Part shown: one piece after another, positions 18,909 to 27,235 of the stretch
How the letters are laid out: each line of letters opens with the position of its first letter
Position numbering within the stretch: the stretch's first letter is position 1
Assembly (NCBI RefSeq): GCF_001997385.1
Contig: NZ_CP019633.1
Location: 450,001-482,000, forward strand
Length of the DNA: 32,000 nucleotides
Source of the DNA: Sedimentisphaera cyanobacteriorum
GTDB taxonomy: Bacteria; Planctomycetota; Phycisphaerae; Sedimentisphaerales; Sedimentisphaeraceae
Direction: 5' to 3'
Program-made: the position numbers and the translations under genes
Notes under the pieces: model-generated
What the model was told of the DNA's origin: nothing
Seen by the model: the letters and a program-made list of their open reading frames with translations, nothing else
Databases searched by the model: none

Positions 18909-21900
18909 TTATTGCTGCTGATTTTCTGCCGGCGGGAAGAATATGTTGAAATCTGTCCCTTTGCCTGCCTGCGAGTCTATGGTAATCAGCCCGCCTAAGC
19001 TGCTGATTATTCCGTGAACCACGGGCAGTCCCATCCCCGTACCTTTGTCCACAGGTTTGGTTGTGAAAAACGGCTCGAATAATTTTTCCTTTGTACCTTC
19101 ATCCATCCCGCAGCCGTTATCGCTTACTGTAAGTTTTATGTACTTCCCGGGCGATAGGTTTCCGTTTATCGTAACCAAAGGCTCCTCGAGCAAAGCCTCC
19201 TCAACGATAATATAAATCTGCCCGTTCTTCTCGCCCACAGCGTGTATTGAGTTTGTGATAAGGTTTGAGATAATCTGCAAAAGCTGGGATTCATTGCCGC
19301 TGATTGTATCGCTGCTTGTTCTTATAAACTTGTATATACGCACGTTCCCCGGCACTGAAGGCTTGATCATCTGAAGGCATTCATCGATAATCGAGCAGAT
19401 AGATACGCTGGTTTTCTGCAAATCTGATGATCTGCTGAATGTGAGTATCTGGTTTACCAGCTTCTTCGCTCTCTCGGAGGCCTGAAGTATCTGGGTGATG
19501 TTTTTATAGGCGTTGGAGTCTTCTCCGCAGTTTTTCTTTGCGAGCCCGGCATGCCCCATTATTGCGGTTAATATATTGTTGAAATCGTGTGCTATTCCGC
19601 CGGCAAGCGTGCCCAAGGATTCAAGCTTCTGTCTTTGATGGAGCTGCTCAGAAAGCTTTCGGTTTCTCTCTTCGCTTTTCTTTCTCTCTGTTGCATCTCT
19701 TATGATTACGTGATAATTTTCAATGCTGCTTTCACGGGAGATCTCAGCGTTCCAGTCCATCTCTATAAAAAGGTTTTCTCCTTTTTTAGACTTTAGATTA
19801 AGGCAAAGCTCTCTAACCTCGCTTTTCTCTGAGCTTAAGGCTTTTTTGAACATATTGGCGGAGTTTGCATCCAAGAATTCAGAAAAGTCTTTACCGAGCA
19901 TTTCTTCTCTGCTGCAGCCGATGATTGAAAGGAAAGCTGAATTAACTTCTTTGATTATTCCATGAGTATCAAGGCATTGATAGCCGAGAAGTGTTTTTTC
20001 GTAAATCAGCCTGAAAAGTTTATTGCTTTCCCGCAGAGAGGAAAGGGCGGTATATCTGGAAACAACGCACGCAAGGCTGTCGGCTATCCTTTCCAGAGAG
20101 CGGATTGTTTCAATGTCAAAGTTGTTTTTATTTTCTGAGTTAAACTGAATAAGCCCGATAATCTCACCTGCATCCTTCAGAGGGATCAAGGCTATTGATT
20201 CGTATCCTTCAGAGCAGCATCTGTTTCTTATGTTTTCAGAAAAACCAGTGTTTATGAAGTCATCTCTCAAACTGCTTGATGAGTTTGTCCAGAAACTCCC
20301 TGATTCTGTGAAGTTTGGAATATCGCGGTTTATCTCACCGCTTACAACAGCCCCGCACATACAGGCCAGATCAGTTTCATTGCGCCAGCCCCTTACAGGA
20401 CGGTACTTTTTATTCAGAATGCAAAGGGAATTCTCGGAGTTTATAAATTCATCTGAAAAGCCTGCTGTGTGGTAGTAAGGATAGTCTTCGCCTTTTTTGA
20501 GCCTGATTCCTGCGGCATCGCAGTTTGCCCATTCTTTGAGATACGGAAGCAGTTCTTTAATGAGTTCGCTGAGCTTTTCCCTGCAGTTTACCAGCCTGAA
20601 AAGCTTTACCATCGCCTCCTGTTCTTTTTCCTGTCTCTCACGCTGCTCTATATTTCGAGAAATTCCGAGATAAACTTTCTCTCCGTCAATCTCAAAGCTT
20701 TTAAGTCTCACTTCTGCTGGGAAAGTGCTGCCGTCTTTTCTTATGTTTTCTGTTTTAAAAACAAAGCTTTTGCCATAAGCTGTATTATCAAGTGCTTTCT
20801 GGACATCTACAGGCTCATTAAGATTGTTATCTATGTCTATAACGTTAAGCTCAGAAAGTTCCTTTTCTGTATAGCCAAGCTCATCCATTGCCTGTTTGTT
20901 GTACAAGAGAAGTTTGCCGTCCTGTCTGTGCACGTAAACAGCATCTCCAGCACTGTTCAGAATTGTCTTGAATTTTTCCTTTTCTGCTAAAAGCTTGTTT
21001 GTGCTTTGTTTAACTCTTGATTTAAGTTTTTTGTTCCACAAAAGAATAAGGGTTGTAACTAAAACCCCTAACCCCGCAGATACTGTAACCCAGAATCGAG
21101 CTTTCTTTATGTTGATATGGTGAATAATTGCAGATTCAGCCCATTTTTTATTGATTCTCGCTATTTCCTGCTCTGAAAGGCTGGCAATTGTTTTATTTAT
21201 TATGTTTCTCAGTTCCGGCCAGTCTTTGCGAACTCCGAAGCATATTTTATATTGATATGGAGTTGCTCCGGCCGCCTTTATATCTTTGATCCCGTATTTG
21301 GCTATATTGTATTTGGCCACAAGAAAATCTTCGATTACAGCTTCAACCTTACCCTCGCTTAGCCTTTGGAGGGAATCTGTTACGGAATCAGTTTCAACAA
21401 TTCTAATGTCAGGGTAGTCGTTTCTCAGCCATTTTTCCACAGCATAATCATTAACTACAGCAACTTTTTTCCCGCTGAGCTCCCTTAAGTTTGTAACGTA
21501 TACACCTCCCAGCTTAGTGTAAATGCCTATTGGAAAAGTTACATAAGGACGGCTGAATAGAAGACGGGATTTTCTTTCTTCGGTGTATGCAGCCGCGCTG
21601 AGTACATCGGAATTCCATTCTATTGCGCTCTCTAAAGTTTCAGCCCAATTGTCTGTCTGTGTGATTTTGAATTCAAGGCCTGTTTTTTCGGAGATGATTC
21701 TCAAATATTCCCCGGAAAAACCTTTGATTTCGCCGTCCTCTACAAATTCTATCGGAGCAAAGTTTTTATCCGGCGCCACCTTTACTACAGGATGCTCTGC
21801 TATAAATTCCTTTTCTGCTTCGCTGAGAAAATCAGCACTGCCCTTTTCACTGCCTATAAGCTCTGCGGCGCAGATAAGCAAAAGCAGCTTCAAACAGGTC

Positions 21901-21929
21901 TTTAAGTATTTAGGCTTTTTAAAATTCAA
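18909..21929 (-). CDS. Sensor histidine kinase: periplasmic family-3 solute-binding domain, TM, PAS, GAF, PAS, HisKA, HATPase_c (no receiver domain)
   Basis: 1006 aa. SBP_bac_3-like ..[28 protein letters not shown]... [23 protein letters not shown]-box ..[17 protein letters not shown]... ATP-lid ..[16 protein letters not shown]... TTG start at 21929 with no clear SD. Confidence 0.9.
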   Translation of the reverse strand: MNFKKPKYLKTCLKLLLLICAAELIGSEKGSADFLSEAEKEFIAEHPVVKVAPDKNFAPIEFVEDGEIKGFSGEYLRIISEKTGLEFKITQTDNWAETLESAIEWNSDVLSAAAYTEERKSRLLFSRPYVTFPIGIYTKLGGVYVTNLRELSGKKVAVVNDYAVEKWLRNDYPDIRIVETDSVTDSLQRLSEGKVEAVIEDFLVAKYNIAKYGIKDIKAAGATPYQYKICFGVRKDWPELRNIINKTIASLSEQEIARINKKWAESAIIHHINIKKARFWVTVSAGLGVLVTTLILLWNKKLKSRVKQSTNKLLAEKEKFKTILNSAGDAVYVHRQDGKLLLYNKQAMDELGYTEKELSELNVIDIDNNLNEPVDVQKALDNTAYGKSFVFKTENIRKDGSTFPAEVRLKSFEIDGEKVYLGISRNIEQRERQEKEQEAMVKLFRLVNCREKLSELIKELLPYLKEWANCDAAGIRLKKGEDYPYYHTAGFSDEFINSENSLCILNKKYRPVRGWRNETDLACMCGAVVSGEINRDIPNFTESGSFWTNSSSSLRDDFINTGFSENIRNRCCSEGYESIALIPLKDAGEIIGLIQFNSENKNNFDIETIRSLERIADSLACVVSRYTALSSLRESNKLFRLIYEKTLLGYQCLDTHGIIKEVNSAFLSIIGCSREEMLGKDFSEFLDANSANMFKKALSSEKSEVRELCLNLKSKKGENLFIEMDWNAEISRESSIENYHVIIRDATERKKSEERNRKLSEQLHQRQKLESLGTLAGGIAHDFNNILTAIMGHAGLAKKNCGEDSNAYKNITQILQASERAKKLVNQILTFSRSSDLQKTSVSICSIIDECLQMIKPSVPGNVRIYKFIRTSSDTISGNESQLLQIISNLITNSIHAVGEKNGQIYIIVEEALLEEPLVTINGNLSPGKYIKLTVSDNGCGMDEGTKEKLFEPFFTTKPVDKGTGMGLPVVHGIISSLGGLITIDSQAGKGTDFNIFFPPAENQQQ

Positions 21930-21961
21930 TTTTATCTTAGAAAAATTACTTTATTAATATG

Positions 21962-21989
21962 TTGCAATTTTAACCCTTTTGGTTAATAT
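21962..21989 (+). promoter_or_regulatory. Sigma70-like promoter for the response-regulator gene
   Basis: TTGCAA (21962-21967), 16-nt spacer, TAATAT (21984-21989). Confidence 0.45.
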
Positions 21990-21994
21990 TGCAA
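21967..21994 (-). promoter_or_regulatory. Sigma70-like promoter for the histidine-kinase gene, fully overlapping the + strand promoter
   Basis: On the minus strand: TTGCAA (21994-21989), 16-nt spacer, TAAAAT (21972-21967). Confidence 0.45.
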
Positions 21995-22083
21995 ATGATA
22001 TATATGCAGTTTGAAATTCTTTCGCACATTATTTACGTTCAGAAGTAAAATCCAACTATATAATATTAAAGAGAGGTTGCAAA

Positions 22084-22464
22084 TTGACCAAAATTCTCGT
22101 TATAGATGATGATTCGCAAATCCTGGAAATGGTAACTGAGGTTCTCGAAGATGCCGGATATCAAGTTTTCGGAGCATCTGACGGAGATAAAGGCGTAGAG
22201 CTTTTCAGGGAAAAGTCGCCGGATTTGGTAGTTACTGACATCATTATGCCCGGCAAAGAAGGCATCGGAACTCTGATGGACATAAAAAATTATAATCCCG
22301 ATGTTAAGGCTATAGCGATTTCCGGAGGGGGCAGAGTTGTAAGAGCCTCGGATGCCCTGAAAGATGCAGAGTTTTTCGGAGCTGAGGAAATCCTCGAAAA
22401 GCCGTTTTCCTGTGATAAGCTTCTTGAAACAGTTCAGAAAGTTCTCGGCGATAATAAACCTTAA
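22084..22464 (+). CDS. Single-domain (CheY-like) response regulator
   Basis: 126 aa. MTKILVIDDD.., phospho-acceptor context ..DLVVTDIIMPGKEG.., ..AISGG.., ..EKPF... No output domain. TTG start with GAGAGG 7 nt upstream. Confidence 0.9.
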   Translation: MTKILVIDDDSQILEMVTEVLEDAGYQVFGASDGDKGVELFREKSPDLVVTDIIMPGKEGIGTLMDIKNYNPDVKAIAISGGGRVVRASDALKDAEFFGAEEILEKPFSCDKLLETVQKVLGDNKP

Positions 22465-22466
22465 AA

Positions 22467-22907
22467 TCAGCCGTCTGTTTCGTTTGTTTCGATAATATCG
22501 TCAAGATTATCAAGTATGAAAGTGTAGAAGGGGGATATCTCCCGGTAAGCCTTTTTGCTCAGATTTTCTCTGAATATCTTCAGCCATTCATTCATCTGGA
22601 TCTGCCAGTATTCTTTTTTGAAACCTCTGGCCATGTAAGTGCGAACTGCCCACAGTACAGTCTCCGAGAATACATTCGGGTCGTATTCAGTCATAACTGA
22701 TGTCATAAAATTAATATGATTATCGTGGTTTGTTTTCATAAGCTTGATGTTGCCTGAGCCTATGTATTTTTCTATATCATCTCTTTTTTCGAGATTTTTG
22801 TTTATAATACTAACGAGCAGATCATTCTTTTTGTTAAGCTCGGCTGCTGTTTCACCGCTTACAGGTTCAATTTTTTTTGCCTGCTGAAATAATTCTTCTC
22901 TTGTCAT
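22467..22907 (-). CDS. Hypothetical 146-aa all-helical protein, co-transcribed with the B12-binding protein
   Basis: ATG 22907 lies 9 nt after the upstream stop, with AAAGGG SD-like sequence. No motif I can assign. Predicted cytoplasmic. Confidence 0.6.
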   Translation of the reverse strand: MTREELFQQAKKIEPVSGETAAELNKKNDLLVSIINKNLEKRDDIEKYIGSGNIKLMKTNHDNHINFMTSVMTEYDPNVFSETVLWAVRTYMARGFKKEYWQIQMNEWLKIFRENLSKKAYREISPFYTFILDNLDDIIETNETDG

Positions 22908-22916
22908 GAAGACCCT

Positions 22917-23600
22917 TTATTGTTCAAGCCTGGATTCTATGTAACTCTTCAGATTGCTTAATGTTTTGAAAATATTAACATTTCTCGGCAGGCTGAGTCT
23001 GCTCTGCATATTTTCAAACGCCTGCCCGCCTGCAATAATTTCACTCTCAGGTAAAATACTCGTCAGATCTTTTGCAGTTTGAATAAAAATCGGCATATTT
23101 GCATAAAGCGTTATGCTGAACAGGATGAAGTCCGGTTTTTCTGTTTTTGTTAGGATCATAAGGTCTGTTTTGGGCACATCTGCACCTAAATAAAGAACCT
23201 GCAGCCCCCAGAGCTCAAGCAGGTAAGAGATCATTTTAGAACCAACCTGATGGTGCTCATTCTCTATGCAGCTTACAACAGCCTTAAACCCTGAGAAAGC
23301 CCTTTTCTCTTGGACAATCTTAGGGTAGAGTCCTGTTATAAGAGTTTCTGTTATGCAGGTTGCAATATGTTCCTGAGCTACTGAAAGCTCATTGGTTTCC
23401 CATCTTTTGCCTACAAGAACCAGAGAAGGGTAAAAGAGATTTTCGAAAATATCCAAGACTCCCCAGCCACGTGAGAGAAGCTCGGAAACTGTGTTCTGGC
23501 AGTACGATGTGTGTCCCTGAACAAGATGGTCAACGTATTCTGTAAGTTCTCCATTTATTTTAGAACTAATATTTATGTTTGAGGGCATATCAACCAACAT
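22917..23600 (-). CDS. Stand-alone cobalamin (B12)-binding domain protein, CarH/AerR-like (helical cap plus Rossmann B12 domain, no DNA-binding domain)
   Basis: 227 aa. Cap ..VLVGKRWETNELSVAQEHIAT.. (W67-x9-E77-H78). Rossmann part ..AVVSCIENEHHQVGSKMISYLLELWGLQVLYLGADVP.. (E115-x-H117-x-x-G120) and ..PDFILFSITL... Confidence 0.8.
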   Translation of the reverse strand: MLVDMPSNINISSKINGELTEYVDHLVQGHTSYCQNTVSELLSRGWGVLDIFENLFYPSLVLVGKRWETNELSVAQEHIATCITETLITGLYPKIVQEKRAFSGFKAVVSCIENEHHQVGSKMISYLLELWGLQVLYLGADVPKTDLMILTKTEKPDFILFSITLYANMPIFIQTAKDLTSILPESEIIAGGQAFENMQSRLSLPRNVNIFKTLSNLKSYIESRLEQ

Positions 23601-23626
23601 TAATTTAAATTTATTTATCTTTAATT

Positions 23627-23654
23627 ATTATATAAGAAATTAGACTGTCCGCAA
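23627..23654 (-). promoter_or_regulatory. Sigma70-like promoter of the B12-binding protein operon
   Basis: On the minus strand: TTGCGG (23654-23649), 16-nt spacer, TATAAT (23632-23627), about 27 nt upstream of ATG 23600. Confidence 0.45.
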
Positions 23655-23768
23655 CTCTGCAAAATTACTGTAAAGGGGGATTACAAATTGGCGGGGAAAA
23701 TGTGAAAAATGGTGTTGTATTGCTTTAAGTTTCCAATAAAATAATTTTGAAATTGTCAATTTTGCATG

Positions 23769-23796
23769 TTGCAAATTGAGTTTTAAATCTTAAATA
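23769..23796 (+). promoter_or_regulatory. Sigma70-like promoter of the GH2 gene
   Basis: TTGCAA (23769-23774), 16-nt spacer, TAAATA (23791-23796). AAGGAG SD at 23811-23816, ATG at 23821. Confidence 0.4.
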
Positions 23797-23820
23797 TTGA
23801 ATTTCTAATAAGGAGCTTGA

Positions 23821-26800
23821 ATGAAAACTTCGGCCGCCAAAACTGCACTTTTAGTTCTTTTCCTGTTTTCCTCAATCTTATTCGCACAGCCTTACGACAA
23901 TCCAGAAATCAACCGTGAGGGCTGCGAGCCTTTTCACTCAGTTATAACGCCCTGCGCAGATGTGCAGGAGGCGGTATCCTCGAGATATCTTGAGTCTGAG
24001 AGGGTTAAGCTTTTGAACGGGCCTTGGAAGTTTAATATGGTCGAATCGAAATCAGATATCCCCTCCGGCGTATCCAAGCCCTCATTCAACGACAGCGGCT
24101 GGGACAAACTCCCCGTTCCCTCAAACTGGCAGAGGCATGGGTACGGTCTGCCCGTATATTCAAACCATACGATTGCCGTAGAGCCTGATGAAGTGGGGAT
24201 TTACAGAAGAAAATGCTATCTAAAGCCGGCCGATATTCAAAGCCGCAGGGTTATGCTCGCTTTCGGCGGAGCCCGCAGCGCTTTGCACGCTTATGTAAAC
24301 GGCGAAGAGGTGGGCTATGCAGAAGGTTCATACCTGCCCATAAAGTTCGATGTAACAGAAGAGTTAAAGCCGGGATACAACAACCTCACAGTAATAGTTT
24401 ACCGCCGCAGCGACGGAATACATCTGGAAAACTTCGACCATTGGAGATTAAGCGGGCTGTTTCGTGATGTATATCTCTCAATGAGACCAAAAACCTACAT
24501 TGAAGACTGGCGAGTTTATGCCGCCGCAGATGGAGATTGGAAGGTTTCAGCAAAGCTCAAAAATAAATCCGCCTCGAAGTGTTCAAATCTCGCCTTAAAC
24601 GCAATGCTTTTTGATGAGTCCGGAAAGGTTGTTGCGGCGAAAAAGGGCATTAGAATTCCCGAGATGTCCTCAGGAGGTGAGGCGCAAGTACAGGCCTCGG
24701 CAAAACTGGATTCAGTGAAGCTTTGGTCGGATGAGAAGCCCAACCTCTACAGAACTGTAGTAGAGCTTGTTAAAGACGGCCTTACACTCGAGACAATCGG
24801 CTGCAATACTGGTTTCCGAACAGTGAGCATAGAAGACAGCCAGCTAAAGCTCAACGGCAGGGCGGTAGAAATCAGAGGCGTAAACCGCCATGAGTGGGAC
24901 GGCGAAAAAGCTCAGGCCGTCGAAAGAGAGGATATGCTCGCTGATGTCCGCCTGATGAAGAAAAACAACATAAACGCAGTTCGAACAAGCCATTACCCCG
25001 ACGACCCGCGTTTCTATGAGATTTGCGATGAGCTTGGAATTATGGTGATGGATGAGGCAGGTCTCGAAAATCACTGGCGAAACCATCTGGAAAAAGACCC
25101 TGAATGGCTCGGCTCGCATATGATGAGAATCAAGGGCGTAGTAGAGCGGGATAAGAATCATCCTTCTGTTGTTTTCTGGTCTTTGGGTAATGAATTCTTC
25201 CACGGGCCTAACGTGCAGAAGATGTATGATTGGGTTCTCAAGAAAGACCCGACCCGCGCAGTCTTCAACGACGGCAGGGGCAATAAAGGCAATAATCAGG
25301 TTGGCTGCCCGAGCTACAGCAATGCTGCCGAGCTCTCTGAAGCGCATAAAACCCTTGAACAGCCGGGAATCGCCAAAGAGATGGCGCACTGTATGGGCAA
25401 TTCCCTCGGCCAGCTTTCTGATATGTGGGACCTTTTCAGGGATCCCGATTACCCAAGGCTGCAGGGCGGATTCATCTGGGACTGGATAGATCAGGGCTGG
25501 AAAATGACCGAAAACGGCCGCACGTTCTGGGATTACGGCCTTCGCTGCGGCAAAACATACCAGACTCACTTCTGCATCAACGGGATAGTTAATCCAGACC
25601 GCTCGGTTTCCGCTAAGCTTCTTCAGGTTAAGAAGGCGTATCAGCCTGTTTCTGTTGAGGCTGTGAATCCGGAGGAAGGCGTATTCAAAATAATAAACCG
25701 CCACAGATTTACGCCTCTCTCTGAGTTTGAAGGCAGATGGAAGGTGGAGGAAAACGGAAAGCTTGTTTCAAAAGGAGGGCTCCCTGCCCTCAGCGCTGAG
25801 CAGCTGCAAACTGAGAAGGTGAACGTTAATCTGCCCGATGTTGAAGGTGAGGCGTTTATAACTTTCACCTTCTATAGAAAATCAGCTGTGCCCGCAGTTC
25901 CGGCAGGGCATAAAATTGCTTTTGAGCAGATTAAGATCAATGAAGGCGAAAAAGAAAAGCTGAAACAGTCAGATTTCGTTAAGTTTGAAAACGGCACGGC
26001 TCAAAGCAGCAGTCTAAAGCTTGAAATTGAAAAAGGCCTTCCTGCATCTATAGTTTACAATGAGAAAGAAATTCTCGAATCGCCCGCAAAGCTTTCATTC
26101 TGGCGCGCCGAAATAGACAACGACACGCAGAACTGGGGCAAAACATACGAGATTTATGCAGAAAAATGGCACAAGGCAGGTCTTCCCGAAGTGGAATTCA
26201 GCTTTGATAAAAGCAGCGTTTTGCCGGACGGAAGGCTTTCAGTCAAAGGTACTGTAGGCTATGAGCAAAACAATTACTTTAAGACGCGCATAATCTACGG
26301 TCTTTCAAATTCCGGCAAGCTGTATATTGATACAAGCTTAGAACCGCTTGAGGACATCAAAAAATTCGATATGAAAGGCCTTCCGAGAGTGGGCTGGCTG
26401 ATGGAGCTTGATAAATCCTTTGTCAATGCTCAGTGGTACGGCTGCGGACCTCAGGAGAATTACATAGACCGCAGCGAAGCTGCGCCGGTGGGAATTTATC
26501 ATAAGCGTGTCGGCGAAGAAGAGCAGACCTATATCAACCCGCAGGCCTACGGAAACAGAACCGCAGTTCGCTGGCTGAAGGTTATGAATTCAAACCAGCT
26601 CGGTTTCACAGCAAAAATGTTTTCTCCGGAAGACGGGGTTTTTGAACACGCAGCATTTGATTTTTCAGCAATACCTTTCAGGGAAAAACAGCTCAAGCAG
26701 GCCACTCATACCGACCAGCTCGAGTCTGACGGTACTGTTTATCTCCATCTCGACCGAAGCCATGCAGGCGTAGGGAATATGCCTAAAAAACGGCTCCCCG

Positions 26801-26862
26801 AGCATGAGGTGCAGGTTGAGCCGATGAATTTTGCCTTCACACTGAATTTTTTCAGTGATTAG
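23821..26862 (+). CDS. Secreted glycoside hydrolase family 2 beta-galactosidase (LacZ-type five-domain architecture)
   Basis: 1013 aa. Signal peptide MKTSAAKTALLVLFLFSSILFA. ..NRHEWDG..AVRTSHYP... Acid/base context ..WSLGNEF... Nucleophile context ..KEMAHCMGNSLG... C-terminal small-chain domain ..FWRAEIDND... Confidence 0.92.
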   Translation: MKTSAAKTALLVLFLFSSILFAQPYDNPEINREGCEPFHSVITPCADVQEAVSSRYLESERVKLLNGPWKFNMVESKSDIPSGVSKPSFNDSGWDKLPVPSNWQRHGYGLPVYSNHTIAVEPDEVGIYRRKCYLKPADIQSRRVMLAFGGARSALHAYVNGEEVGYAEGSYLPIKFDVTEELKPGYNNLTVIVYRRSDGIHLENFDHWRLSGLFRDVYLSMRPKTYIEDWRVYAAADGDWKVSAKLKNKSASKCSNLALNAMLFDESGKVVAAKKGIRIPEMSSGGEAQVQASAKLDSVKLWSDEKPNLYRTVVELVKDGLTLETIGCNTGFRTVSIEDSQLKLNGRAVEIRGVNRHEWDGEKAQAVEREDMLADVRLMKKNNINAVRTSHYPDDPRFYEICDELGIMVMDEAGLENHWRNHLEKDPEWLGSHMMRIKGVVERDKNHPSVVFWSLGNEFFHGPNVQKMYDWVLKKDPTRAVFNDGRGNKGNNQVGCPSYSNAAELSEAHKTLEQPGIAKEMAHCMGNSLGQLSDMWDLFRDPDYPRLQGGFIWDWIDQGWKMTENGRTFWDYGLRCGKTYQTHFCINGIVNPDRSVSAKLLQVKKAYQPVSVEAVNPEEGVFKIINRHRFTPLSEFEGRWKVEENGKLVSKGGLPALSAEQLQTEKVNVNLPDVEGEAFITFTFYRKSAVPAVPAGHKIAFEQIKINEGEKEKLKQSDFVKFENGTAQSSSLKLEIEKGLPASIVYNEKEILESPAKLSFWRAEIDNDTQNWGKTYEIYAEKWHKAGLPEVEFSFDKSSVLPDGRLSVKGTVGYEQNNYFKTRIIYGLSNSGKLYIDTSLEPLEDIKKFDMKGLPRVGWLMELDKSFVNAQWYGCGPQENYIDRSEAAPVGIYHKRVGEEEQTYINPQAYGNRTAVRWLKVMNSNQLGFTAKMFSPEDGVFEHAAFDFSAIPFREKQLKQATHTDQLESDGTVYLHLDRSHAGVGNMPKKRLPEHEVQVEPMNFAFTLNFFSD

Positions 26863-26908
26863 AATTCGAACAAAACACTAATATAAAAAGTATTGTACTC
26901 GACTAACT

Positions 26909-26938
26909 GGGCTTACATTAATTTGTAAGCCCTTTTTT
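26909..26938 (+). terminator. Rho-independent terminator of the GH2 gene
   Basis: GGGCTTACA (26909-26917) pairs perfectly with TGTAAGCCC (26924-26932) around the 6-nt loop TTAATT, followed by T6 (26933-26938). Confidence 0.85.
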
Positions 26939-27235
26939 GAGCCTTGGCATCTATATCGGTTCGGTAAATCGCATTGAGGTTATGATTAAGCTTGGAATTT
27001 TGCGATTAAATGCTAAAGTGGAAAATTGATGTTATAAAGTAAAGTTAAAAAGGCTTTCTTAAATGGCAATACTTTTAGATTTAACATATTCTGAGCTGTT
27101 TACTTCCTCCTGCATTTTTGCAGCAGTAATTCTCATTTTTCAGTTGGCGTGCAAACATAGTTTTCAATCAATCCTTATTTTCCATTCCCGAAGAATTTTT
27201 CAAAACCAATTAGGAATTTAATAAAGGGGTTTTAA

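Noticed and set aside
20469-20990. 173-aa plus-strand ORF (and other plus-strand ORFs from 19587 to 21957) within the kinase gene
   Set aside because: These are antisense shadows in an AT-rich coding region. The minus-strand product has clear PAS/GAF/HisKA/HATPase motifs.
22077-22112. TTGCAA-18-TATAGA as an extra promoter at the regulator gene start
   Set aside because: It lies across the start codon and first codons of the regulator gene, and its spacing and -10 are poorer than the palindromic promoter upstream. It is probably incidental.
23601-23820. Possible cobalamin riboswitch upstream of the B12-binding protein operon or the GH2 gene
   Set aside because: I could find no B12-box-like GCCACTG core or extended GC-rich helices. 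The spacer is AT-rich and is adequately explained by two divergent promoters.
24844-25704. 286-aa minus-strand ORF inside the GH2 gene
   Set aside because: It is antisense to the catalytic TIM-barrel region that carries the WSLGNE and MGNSLG motifs.
27063-27221. 52-codon hydrophobic ORF (MAILLDLTYSELFTSSCIFAAVILIFQLACKH...) in the 300-bp spacer upstream of the redox operon
   Set aside because: It has no convincing SD, AT-rich spacers generate such ORFs readily, and I recognise no homology. It is worth a look only if ribosome profiling or conservation supports it.
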